From positions 1 to 61,985 of the forward strand of contig MU057726.1 in assembly GCA_013265495.1 (NCBI GenBank): 61,985 nucleotides of DNA. Reading direction: 5' to 3'. Under the pieces are notes generated by a model. That model was not told where the DNA came from and made no database searches. It saw only the letters and a list, made by a program, of their open reading frames with translations. Shown in pieces: positions 49,885 through 61,985 of the stretch. This DNA is from Vicugna vicugna (Eukaryota). The translations under genes and the position numbers were made by a program. How positions within the stretch are numbered: the stretch's first letter is position 1; every line of letters begins with the position of its first letter.

Positions 49885-50286
49885 ATGTAAAAGATGGCTA
49901 GTGATCTTCCAATATCCATTTTCTCTTCCTTCATTGTAAATATAGAATCCCCTGTCCCCACTGACCTTCTGTAAATGCCTTTCCCCCACACTGCTCCATC
50001 CAGAAACTATAATTCCCAGCCTTCCTTGCGTCTGGTGTGCTCATGTGACTAGCGGGGTGTGAGGTGAAGTGATGTGTGCACCTTCAGGATCACTTCTTTA
50101 GAAAGATGCTTCCCTTCTAGGGAGGAGGTAACAATTAAGCAGCTAAGCTAGACTCAGAGATGGAATCCAGAGCCTTCTACCTTCCATGGATCTTCTGCCC
50201 AATATTAACAAAATGTGAGAGAGATACATGCATATCGTGTTTAAGCTGCTGTAGTCCTCAGGTTAGCCTGCACCTTAAATAATACA
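49885..50286 (+). mobile_element. Old MLT1-type LTR
   Basis: ccaatatccattttctcttcc...actataattcccagccttccttgc...catgtgact...tgtttaagctgctgt...aataca. Confidence 0.55.
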
Positions 50287-50789
50287 TCAAGCTATACAGA
50301 AACGCATTTAACTATTAATACCCTGGTGCAAACAAAATTTATGATGATAGACCTAGAAGTTTCAGTGAAAAACTAGTGCTCTGACAACATGGTGATTTAA
50401 AGAACAGGGAGAAAGGTAACTGTACTATACCTTAGAATTTGTATATTTTCAAATATATGCTAAGGTTATCATCCAATTGTATTGTTTAGTCTATACAGAT
50501 TTTTAAACAGGTGTCTTGTTTTTTAAAATTTTTCTTTTACCTATTTTAATTTAATTTAATGTAATATTATAAGTAACATATATGTTGGTTATAAAGTATG
50601 CCAAGATCATGAGCATTTCATTCAAGCTAGTAACTAGAATCTTACTAATAACTTGCATCTACTTAATGTGTTTCTGATCATCCAATACCTCTATCACCAG
50701 CCCAGACTGCTCTGGATTCCACATTTTTAGAAAATGAATCAAAAGCATGTTAATATCACTTGTAAATCACATCTAGATATTACCCATGA

Positions 50790-51470
50790 TACAGACTTCG
50801 GGGTTAGTTCTGAACCTTTGAAACACTGTAAGCCTTGTTCTGTAAAACAACCTATTAATTCCTCTGTCAAGATCTGCTGAATAGTCCATAAGGGATAGTG
50901 AAGGTGAAAGGCCACTGCTTAGAGCCTCATATAACAGCTACGGATGGGAAAAGAGAACCGGAAGGAAAGAGGATGTACAGATGCTGGGAAAGAGGGCAAG
51001 TCTTTCCAGCACAGCCAAAGTAGAGGGCACGGCTGAGTCAAACAACCAGGGCTTTGGCCAGCATTCTTATCTGTGTGCAGGTAAGAAGCTGAGTTGTGGG
51101 TGGGAGGAGGGGCTGGTGAAGACAGATTTACTATTCTGTAATCTTTGCACCTGCTCTCATGTGATGTCATGCAGTACCCTGATGTGTATACAATGCTTAG
51201 AATAGTGTCAGGCACATGGTCAGCATTATTTAAGTGTTGCTAAAACTGCTAGACTTGGGAAGGACATAGAAACGCAACTCCAACATACAAGTTATTCCTT
51301 TAGATAAGGGCCATGAACCTGTAAAGTCATCCCTTTATTTATTTACACTGACTTATTAGGATTGAAGCCACTAGAATGTCTTTACATTCCAGTAATTTAC
51401 ATTCTGGTGACTCAGTTTATCACCATGTCTGACACAAAGTGGATGCTCAACATTATTTACTACCTAAGAA
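50790..51470 (+). mobile_element. MIR and L2 tail fragments
   Basis: gcttagaatagtgtcaggcacatgg; caccatgtctgacacaaagtggatgctcaa. Confidence 0.45.
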
Positions 51471-52551
51471 ACTAAAAATTTCCAAGAAATTTTCCCATTA
51501 AAAATACCCAGGTTGCTCTCTGGCTCTGGAATAATGAATATACCACTAGGCAGGAAGACAGCAGATTCCTAAATACATTCTTGTAATTTAGAAGCTGTTG
51601 AATTTGACTGATGGTTCCAAAACCCAACTGCTAAATGGAATTATCTGAAGGAAATTTATAAATAAAAATTTCTGGGTCAGACACGGTAGAATCTCAATCA
51701 GTAGATCTATAATTCTGTCTCATTGTTTTGATTTGAGGTCAAATTTTATCTGCAATTTAATAATCTTACTGTATTAAGTCATAAGTGATTATTAAAATAT
51801 CAATTTCACAAGCACACTTTTTCATGAACAAATAATACTCCATTGAGTGAATATGCCACAATTTACATTCCTTTTTATTTTCACTGAACACTTAGATCGT
51901 TTGCATTCTTTCTATCTTTCTTTTATCTTTAAATACAATATATTTAAAAGTTAATTGGTACATTTCAAAGTGTATTTGTTGACAAGGCGTAAATGGAGTT
52001 TACACATTTTGTTGGTTATTTATTTTTTATCCTAGTTTGTTTTTCCCGAGGTTTTTCCCAGGTTTGTTTATCAATATCTATCTCCTCATTTGAAAACTAT
52101 CAAAGCAACTGTCAAGATCTGGTATATTTCTCCCCAGCACAATACAACGTGAGGGATGTTCCAGGAGGAAAGAGACTGGTGTAACTCCATTTCATAGGGT
52201 AGGTATCCTTTAGCTCCCATATAAATATACCACCAAATCCTATTATGCTTTTGTTTTCAAAATGTCTCTGATTTTTCTACTCTTTTTCAAAATACTGTGA
52301 ATTCCCAAATTTAGAATCTCAACATCAAACCTTGAGTACTGAGAAGAATAATTTCTTTTAATAGGTCTTGACTGGTATCCAGACTTCAAGCTTCTACCCT
52401 GAACAATACATTCTGCTACTAATGTAAAATTTTTAAAAAGGCAAAATCATGACTTACTTAAATACAAAATGAACAAGCATCAAAGGGTTAGTCAAAAACT
52501 GAGGAAATCAGTAAGATATGAAAAGCAGTTCAAGGCAGAACAGGATATACC

Positions 52552-52625
52552 CATATACATATATGTGTACATGCATACATATATGTAAAAATATGCATAC
52601 ACATATGTATCTGTTACATATAAAT
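52552..52625. repeat. (CATA/TA) low-complexity repeat
   Basis: catatacatatatgtgtacatgcatacatatatg... Confidence 0.75.
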
Positions 52626-55600
52626 TTTGGAATGCCAGAGTAAAGTCGCTAGTGGATACAAAGCTGATTAATATCTTACAAGACAATAAAAATTAATGTT
52701 TGGACTTAGCTTCTCTACAGAGCAAAAATCAATTTTATCAAAATTTATGTGCACCACTGTCAGTTTTGACAACCAAACTTCTACCCCCACTGAGTTACAG
52801 TACAGCTTAGTCAATAGAAAAACAATCAAAGATGCACATTCCTCTACAACTGGATAAACCCAGTATTTCACTGGAAAACACCCAGTAATCACTTCTGTAT
52901 CAAGTCACTTATAATTAGTCTTTATTGCTGTTTCAGCATTTATAAAACAGTCTATGTCGTGCCGCTTCTCTTGCATCCAAAATAATCATTCCAGAATACA
53001 CCCTCCACTCAGTACAGGTCAATTTTTGCCATTTCCTGCACACTCCGTAAGTTTCTTCTTCCTTGACCCAACCTTCCTTCCAAATAATTCAGCCAATGTG
53101 TACGGTAGGTACTTGGCACATAATAATGAAGGGATATATTTTCTACTATCATGAGTTCACAGTCTAAAATAACATTGCCTTTTTTCTCTATGAACTTAAC
53201 TACTTTTTATCTTTCAGCACTTCGTAGAATTCTCTCTACTCCTGCAAGATGCCTTCTCCAACTGCACCAGCTGACATTCAGCCCTTTACGTGACTGTGCC
53301 ACAAATGGAATGTGTCCTGTGGATTTGAATTCTTGATTGGTTTACAAAACTGTTTAGGATGAGGACCCTGCTTTAACCTTTTATTCTGAATAACTTCGGC
53401 AACATCAACTACTTTTTGGTTTAAAACCGATAACTGTTATTTGAGAAGCAGGGATTGTGTATAAAAACTCAATGACTTCTACAGTCTCCCTTTCTAAGAG
53501 TTTCTGGAACACTCTTGCTGTCAAACTTTCTTGATGTAGCTGATTGAGATTACCCCCCATTTGTGTTTCTAAAGCTTTGATTTCAGAGTGATAGCTGTCA
53601 TGTAAATATAGATTAAAATGAGCATAAATATGCAGGTGTCGATCTATAAAAACATCTGTACTGTGAAGCAAACCACTTACAAAACATCAACAGAGAAAAC
53701 AATTCTGGAGGAGGAGGCAGGAGTGTTTGATAAAAATACTACTATTCCCTTAATTCCTGAGTTTCTTAAGAGCTTCCCACTGTAGTGGAAATCTCATTCT
53801 CTTTTGCTAAGAATGAGTAGGCAAAAGCTACACATCTCTATGAGGCTGTACTTTTCAAAAAGAGTGTAGGAGAAAGTATTGTTCCACAAGGTTAGAATAT
53901 TAACATAAAGCAATTTCAAGTCCTTGGTTATATTATTATGAGTCTCTACTTGAAACAGTCCCAGAAAAGTGGCCCATAAACCAGATCCTGAATGGTTCAA
54001 ATATTTTCAAATAGAAATAGAAGAGATGACCTGAATGCAAAAATCAAATGACCATCTACCATAGCAATTTTGTATGATACTTGTATCATCTTGTTAATAA
54101 CTCCTGAAAATGAACACAGTGCAAGCTCTGGTGAGGAAGCTCTTTTCTAAATTAAAATCTCTCTCTCTATTGTAAAAGTTCGAGGAATGTGAATCCCATT
54201 ACTTTCCAGTAGAAGCACAATGCTAAGTTTAGGTAGAGTCAAATTGCTTGCTTCATCAGTTGAAGGTAGATGATTAGAAATAAGATGAAGGTAAATTTGC
54301 ACTTAGGACTGAATGAACTTGATAATCATCTAAGGAATGCATTAGAGTAAAGAAGAGCTTCATTTCCATCTGTCCTTCGCTAATCAAGTTGACTAAACAC
54401 CTTAAAGGTTGACAGACAAAATAGAACATACACTCAAAATGAATTTTTAAAAAATTATCTCATTTTCTTCCTGAGCTCTCTTGCTCTTAATGATGAGAAC
54501 TGAAAACAAATTCAGGCAAAAAGCTAAACAAATAATACAATTTAAAGTAATGAAAGCTAAAATTATTTCATTTTCTGCCATTTATTGTGAAGTTACAAAA
54601 ATCCACACTAGAAGCATTTTAATGTTTCTAGTGAAAATAAGACCAATACTCTGGAGGAAATTTCTGAAAATGAGATAGCGTTATAGATGTTAGAAACAAT
54701 TTCTGAAATCAGACTTTTTGACTGACCAATACAGGTATCCAAAGCATTCAAAGATTTAACACCAAGAGTTAAAATTAAAAGGCTACCCCATTTCCTATAA
54801 GAGTGAAACAGCAAAAATATGAATGCAAAAAAAAAATCATGGCCTTGGAAGAACATGTCATGCTAGAAAAACAATGAATATGATTTTAACAGAATTAATG
54901 TACAAAGTGTATTCAGGAGCCAAGAGTAAGCTATTTTTATGGAACCTACTCCATATGGAGGAGTAATCCTTTCAAATTTGATATTAAGTCATTTGTTTCC
55001 TGGCACCATGTCAATGGAAAAACTGCTTATGTAACTACTAAAAAATTTAATGCTAACTATAAATGTTGCAACGTATAAGGCAAAAGCATGGGTCTAAATA
55101 CTATGACAGTCAATGTTCTCTCTAGTACACATGCAAAATACAAATTAAGAAGCTCTGATGTCCACCGATGTTCATATATGGCTGGACCAAAAGTAATTTA
55201 AAGTATTTAAACACTCTTCTTGTCTACTTAATAGAATTCCAGAATTGGGGGTTACAAAATGACATCTTCCTCAAAAGCACCCAGATAAATTGCATATTGG
55301 TGGTCCAAGACCATACTTTAAAAAAAAAGTGCTTTAAAGAAACATCACCTCATGGAAGCTGATATTAATCTTTCCAAAAATCATTTTTCGTGTAAGTATG
55401 ATGACATTCATCTCTCAAGTATCTATGGTAATTGAGGAAAAGACATGACATAGCTTATCTAAAAGAAGAGATAACGTAAGTGTTGATAACTGACTCTTCA
55501 ATACATTATCCACTCTCCTAATTCTGCCTAATGAAATTTTAAAGTGAAGTAATGTTTCTAGCCACATTCTAGGTAGGTTGTGAGAAAACATGGCCCAGAG

Positions 55601-55649
55601 ATATGCTATATCATCAAGAAGAGTTCAAATGGTGGTTCTCCATTGTAAG

Positions 55650-55827
55650 TTTTTTTTTAATTGGAGTATAGTTGATTTACAATGTTGTGTTAGTTTCAGG
55701 TGTACAGCAAAGTGATTTGGTTATACATACACATATATATAGTCCTTTTCATATTCCTTTTCATTACAGGTTATTACAAGATATTAAATATAGTTCCCTG
55801 TGCTATACAGAAGGACCTTGCCATTTA
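55650..55827 (-). mobile_element. Short L1 3' end (cetartiodactyl type)
   Basis: Poly-T then ttggagtatagttgatttacaatgttgtgttagtttcaggtgtacagcaaagtgatt...tagttccctgtgctatacag. Confidence 0.92.
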
Positions 55828-56849
55828 GAGATTTTATATTTAATGATTTGCTCCATTATAAGCTTCCAAATGTGGTAGATTCCTATAATATTGTAAATAT
55901 GGGAGTTGGGATTTTAGCCTCATCATGCCAATGTTGGATGATGTCATATCGAGTGGAAATTTCCAAATGATGGAAAGATTCAAAATGATGGTGGAGGGAA
56001 AAATAAATGATCTTATAAACCTCAGTTAGCTGTGATGCTCGATAAACTCTCCAAACACAAGAATGCAACAAAAAGCACAAAAGTATAGATTAGCCATGGG
56101 TGACCAAAATTCTTGTGCACTTGACAATGCCTCAAAAGAACCATTACTGGTCACATTCCCATATTTCTCTAACAACCATCAAAAGTGTGAATTTTCAAAA
56201 ATGGCTCCAAGACCAAAAGCTTTTGCTTGAAGTGAAAATGATTTACCCTTTCATTTTCAGACAAGCGTTTTCTTCCACTTGAAGAGCCTAAATAGACACT
56301 ACTAATGTACTTTCAAAGAAGTAAGAATTTTAAAGAAGTAGTGCATGAAGCTTAAGACCAGTTCATTAAATGTACATCAGTGATGTTGGTTTTTAATCTG
56401 AGCTCTCTCCTCCCCTCATTGGGCACACACCACTTTCATTAACATTCAGGGAGTTGCAGATGCGTTAAGGAAAAGGAAGTTCTTTGGAGTAATGAGGCCA
56501 GAAGTATGTAACACCATCGCTTCTCCCTCTTGCTTTGTACTGACTGTCAGTACCACTCTACTACTCCCAGAAAAGGCTTCCCAGCCTTATTTCTAAACAC
56601 AGATGTATCAACCCATTCTTTGCCATTTCATAACCATCGCCACTGTAGTTTTACAGAAATGTGTATTTTCATACGGAGAGGAACGATTTAAGTGATTTTC
56701 CTTAATATCTGCTAACTTCCATGACTGCATGTTTATTCAGTTCTGCCTCTGAGTTTGCTAGGGACTATTAAAGAGCTAACAGAAGAAGGTCCCTGCTGGG
56801 TTTGAGCTTACAGTTTAAAGAAACAAAGCAAATGATAAAATAAGTGTAA

Positions 56850-57085
56850 TAGCTTGCATTTGTGTAGCGTTTATGATGAACAAATTGCTTTCTAATGCCT
56901 GACTTCAGTCAACACTCCAAACTGCCTTAAAGAGGAGCAATATGACATGATTACCCCAATATTAAGTATAGACTACCGAAATTTACAGACTTTTTTAAGT
57001 TAGGGTCACAGAGTCAGGGGAGTTACAGCCCGGGCTATGTTCACATTTGCTGACTCCAACACTAATGTTCTAATGCTCTTTCCAC
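56850..57085 (-). mobile_element. MIR fragment
   Basis: atagcttgcatttgtgtagcgttta...agggtcacagagt...ctgactccaa...tgctctttccac. Confidence 0.5.
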
Positions 57086-60000
57086 GCACCAAGCTAATGT
57101 GACTTTGGTGCATTATCCCATAGGTAGAAAAACTGGACTGCTGTCCCTTTGAGAGGAACAATAAAAGCCTTTCTTACACTATCTGCATAGTTTTCCTGCA
57201 GTTGATGAAGTCAAGTGGAGCCTTAGCTGGGAAAGAAACAGAGAAAACCAGAAAAGCCTATGTTGAACATGACCTAGAGAAAGCCGAGGTGAAAATGAGA
57301 ATGGGAAAAAGAAGGGAGAACAAAGGAAAACCAGATTCCTTTGAAAGAACATGAAAGAACATAGGAAAGGCCAAAATGTGGAGGTGATTCCACATGAAAT
57401 GAAGTCACACGAAATGGTTTAGAGAGAATGATGTTGACCATTTCTAAATTTTAAGGCAGGGCATTTTGAAGCTATGACGGAGACGTTAAAGTAAAAACAA
57501 AAACTATGGCTCATAGTAAAATCTTACCAAACCCTCTCTTTATATCTGAACTGAATCCAAAATGATTAGAGATAGAAATTGAGAAACACAGTTTGGCTAC
57601 TGGGAAGAAAAAATGGTGACTAATGGATAAACAAGCTACCAAGGGAGGAAGTTAATCAATAAAAAATCAAAGATCTTACCTTTTAAAGTCTGAGCACTAG
57701 GATAAACCATGCAATTTACCCCACAAGTTAGGAAAATGGTAGAAATAAAGCAAGACATTTAGTGTTTCCTGAAGTCCTATGGGTTTGAGATTGCCGAAGA
57801 TAAAAGCACACAGTAGGTGATTGAGTCACATTAATCAAAGTAAGACACAGCCAAGGAGAATCCATTCCAGCTTCTACGCTAATGAACTTCCTCCTTTTTT
57901 CCCCCTCACTAATCGAGATGAATCAGGATACTATCAATTGCCTTATGTTAACGATGCATTCCATTTAGCTGATGGCTGGATAAATATTTACCGAAATATC
58001 TTCAAGTGCTTAAAACAGAAACAATGTCTAAGTTCCGATGGGAATAATAGCTCATTTTTCAAAACCAGATGAGGTGTTTGTCTCATCTTTCTTCAGGTTT
58101 CACTCAAGCTCATGCTATAGAAGAAGAAATACTGAGATGAGTTGCATATTTTGTTAATTACGCTGGTCTTCGGGTCAGGAGAAACCAATCAAGCACATGT
58201 GCTGATTAAACTCCTAAGCCCGGTGATGCTCAAGTAGCTGACTTTTTAGATTAGTGAAGCAGAGCCCTAGCTCAGTCTTCTTTCTTTTTATTGAACTTAA
58301 TTGGATCTGTGATTTTATATTATGCAAAGAAAAGTGTTTTAAAACAGCTTATTTTGGACATAATTTGGCTAAACCTTTCTGTTTCACATTTTGGGCTATT
58401 AAGACAATCTTTAAACAACATTTCTAATTATTTCTGATTCTTGCTAAGCACAAAAGATGCTAATTATTGGAGTTACATAGATTGTAGTTTCATTTTGTGT
58501 CATACCAACCTTCTAGGTTCTAAAGACTTCTCTGCATAGCACATTCAACAGAGAAAGTTTAGAAACACGTGGCAAGTTGGTTAATACAAACCAACCAGGC
58601 CAAATTTGAATGGTTTCTTTTTAAATTTTACATTATCTTAACATAATATATGCTGACAATTTTAAAGAAAAATTTTCACAGGCCTAAAGTTTTCCTTGCA
58701 TATAAACCAGGTATCTATATGAGTAACACCCTTTTTTGTTTAATTCTAGGATCAGAAAAGAGGATGACTTTTTTAAAACAATATTTATTACCAAGGTTGC
58801 TTCCTATTAATGGTATGTTCTAGGGATTTTAAAAGGATGCCTTTACTAATATTTGATTCTACTTGCTGCGAGAGGAGAAAACACCATTCTGACCTTTATC
58901 ATGATATGGTTCATGTTCACAGCTATTAAATCTATTTTCCTACTGAATCGTGTGTTTCTCTGCTCCGTCTGCAATGCAAAGTAAGTTTTCCCACTGCCTC
59001 ATTAATTTAAATTATCAGTCAAATATGCTTATGAGAACTAAGTAAAGAAACAGAATTTTCATCCTGACATGAGCTTTACTGGGCTTTTTTCCCCCAAGGG
59101 AGCATGCGCCCAACTATGTCTTCAATCTTTTAAAATATTAAGTTATTGCAATTTAGGGAGGAATGATTCCTCTGCATTTTCATACTCTCCTGGTGGTGGC
59201 TTTTAAACTGCTTTTATTTATGCCCCTTTTAATATGCAGAAATAATAAAGTTGTCAGTGTCCTCTTTTAAGCTGAGGGAGAAAAAACTGTATTTCTTAGA
59301 GATGTAAGTAGAAAGAGGCTTGAGTATCTGGATAGCTGTACCCTCACCCAGGTAATCCTCTAATGAAATGCTGTTCACTGCTTGAGTACGTAGCATAGTT
59401 CTTACCTTAACCACCCTGTGACTTTGGGGAATAGCCTTCCATCCTCCTCCGATTGCCCAACTGTGACAGTGGGAATATTCCTATGATATTTGCTGGCAAT
59501 CAGGAATACTGAAACAGCAAACAATGAAATCGACAGCAATGTAAGACAGCCAAGCTTCCTGGGCATTTGGGTCTTACAAACTGAAGCCCAGAACAGATGT
59601 GCAGTAGCGGTTAGTTCAGTAATTACTGAGGGTGTTTTCTAGATGGAGTCTGCTGCTAGACGCTTAAAAGCCCCTCCCTTGAGAACATCAGATTGAAGAA
59701 AGGTCTAAAGTGGAGGTCTGTGACCTAGTGAGGATGATGAGGGACCCGGAGTCCATTGGTTTAGGTCCTAAATATAATTCACAAAAAGATGTGTCTTTCT
59801 ACTCTCACAACCAGAAGTGGGACTGCAGCCCTCACTTCAATGGTCAGTGATAATTCCACAGCCCTGCAGCTAGGTTTTTTTTTCACGGTTTTCCAATCTA
59901 CTAAATTCAAAAATTGATATGAGATTTAGGAGTGGTGCCCACATAGGTGAGGTTTCTATTTTCCTGGTTTCTTTAGTGGTTTTCCGCACAACCTCCAGGG

Positions 60001-60277
60001 AGCTGAGGATTCTTTTCTTGATATTTCATGTTGGGAATGAAGCCATCCAATCAGAGGTAGTGGGGCTGCTGGGAACTGTTGTGAGATATCTACTGAGGTC
60101 CAACAAATATGGTTAAGTAGCATAATTTTATAAAACTAGTCATTTTATTTCAAGAAGAAAAAGCAAAGCAGGTTGGAAAATGTCTTGACATTTTATAATG
60201 TTTTTAATCTGGGTTTGTTGCTGGTGACCATATAAATACTATTCATCCTTAACAATTCACATTTTTTTTGATGTAGC

Positions 60278-60383
60278 AAAAAAAAAGAAGAAAGAAAAAG
60301 GAAAAAAAAGAAAAAGAAAGAAAGAAAAGGAAAAAAAGAGAAAAAGAAAACAAAAAACAAAAAACAAAAAACAAAAAAAAAGA
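60278..60383 (+). repeat. A-rich (GAAAA / CAAAAAA)n tract
   Basis: aaaaaaaaagaagaaagaaaaag...caaaaaacaaaaaac. Confidence 0.9.
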
Positions 60384-60699
60384 ACACAGCCCTGCAGAGA
60401 ATGGGATCGGAATAAAAACTAAAGAAGCAAAATCTTAAAATGTAGAGGGACTTTCATATGCTGTTTTCAGTCAATGGAGCAAATGCCCTGATGCATTTTA
60501 ATGGATTTTAATAGTTAACAGTTTTACAGTATTCTTTTTTAACTTCCCGGATGTTAGTTAAGGGTGAAATGGGAACCAAGCATGAGTTCTCCTGTGAATT
60601 AGTTTATTAGTCTTTCCACTGCACCATATATCTTTATAGTTCTACTATTTAATAATGACTGAATTCTAAATTATCTATTATCTATCTATTCACCTATCT

Positions 60700-60770
60700 G
60701 TGATCTATCTGTCTCATTTATTTATACACTGGCTTGCTTCAGAAAGGGTTTAAGTTGGCTTACAAAAATG
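60700..60770 (-). mobile_element. Possible ancient LINE (L4/RTE-X-like) 3' end
   Basis: tttatttatacactggcttgcttcagaaagggtttaagttggcttaca resembles the reverse complement of TGTAAGCC.CTTAAATCCTTT...TAAATAAA. Confidence 0.35.
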
Positions 60771-61687
60771 GACACAACTCAATGAGATTTTAAACATTTA
60801 ATATATGAAGTAAAAGGAACATCAATTTGGGAAAAATAAGCTAACACCATGATGGAAAGTAATGGACAAAATGCATGCTGCAGTACTTTTCCACTAGCTA
60901 AAGATAAGCCGTTCATTAGGATCTATGATTCCTGCTTCGCAAAGAAAGACACACGGATCACATGATCACATCCGTGTGAATCAGATAGCTGGAGTATTGG
61001 TTACCATGGATCACAGTCACCATAAATGAGAGTGAGCTAGCTGTTTAAGAGAACATCAATACTTTCTGACAAATTTGATAAACTGTTCTCTTGAAGAAAA
61101 TGGCACCTCTCCAAAAAAATAAATCGCAAGTAAAATCATCTCAGTGCCATTGCTCTTTTCTGACCATATGTTCTGTCAGAACCTAAAAAGAAATGAAGTA
61201 GAACATGTTTTTTCATCACAGCTTTGTGAAATTATAAGCAGATCTTTTGTAATATTCTAACTCAAAACACAAATATAATTAAACTCCTGCCTTACTATAA
61301 TTATACCAGCATATTTAAGAACAGTTTTAGGTAAAGTCACAGTAGGTAGTAAAATTGCTGCCATACCATATCCTTTTCTTACTAAAGGTTGAAATTCTGT
61401 CATTTTAAGGTGTGAGGTCTGAGATATTTGGAATGTTCTAAAGGTAGCAGGGACACCAGAAGTCAGGAAGATCGGTGATTAAGTCTATAGTCACAGATAG
61501 CAATCATCTAAAGATCATACATTTTAGAACTAAGCCCAATTTATTTGCTTAAACTGTAATTGTGCCTCATGAGAGATTTATAGAAAGAAAACTATAGCTC
61601 CAATTAGCTCCAAACTATAGCTTCTAGATCAAGCCCACTAATGTTACATATATGGAGAGAAGACTGACTCATTATTTAATTTATTGT

Positions 61688-61859
61688 NNNNNNNNNNNNN
61701 NNNNNNNNNNNNNNNNNNNNNNNNNNNNNNNNNNNNNNNNNNNNNNNNNNNNNNNNNNNNNNNNNNNNNNNNNNNNNNNNNNNNNNNNNNNNNNNNNNNN
61801 NNNNNNNNNNNNNNNNNNNNNNNNNNNNNNNNNNNNNNNNNNNNNNNNNNNNNNNNNNN
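61688..61859. other. Assembly gap (172 N)
   Basis: Run of N. Confidence 1.
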
Positions 61860-61985
61860 CACATGAGATATCCCATTCAAAAGGCACTCATGTAGGAATC
61901 ATAAGTCATAGACCAAGAAGTCAAATTCCATTTTTAAATCAACTTGGTGGAAAATTTTTCATTTCCCATGAGAGATCAAATCAAG

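Noticed and set aside
61644..61887. ORFs spanning the N run
   Set aside because: Assembly-gap artefacts

Overview
AT-rich, repeat-dense mammalian genomic DNA, almost certainly camelid (camel/alpaca/llama lineage), judged from a Vic-1-type tRNA-derived SINE at ~9.1 kb and cetartiodactyl-type L1 3' ends. I cannot support any intact protein-coding gene. The ORF track consists of chance ORFs and decayed retroviral frames. The window holds a decayed ERV-L gag-pro-pol region (1.4-4.5 kb) and a minus-strand class I (ERV1) provirus remnant with LTR, env-TM and pol (17.9-21.9 kb), itself interrupted by MER45A and an LTR16/ERV-L block. It also holds many MaLR/MLT2 solo LTRs, L1/L2/MIR fragments and several clean nested insertions with target-site duplications. 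The best non-repeat signals are two CpG-containing promoter-like elements (~24.5-24.7 kb and a CpG island at ~27.5-28.15 kb), a near-consensus CTCF motif (28941) and well-formed orphan exons on both strands. Together these suggest a divergent pair of spliced, probably non-coding, transcripts. Several CpG-retaining unique stretches look like conserved enhancers. Repeat family names come from my recollection of consensus sequences and need RepeatMasker/Dfam confirmation, and many repeat boundaries are approximate. I found no convincing novel multi-gene system.
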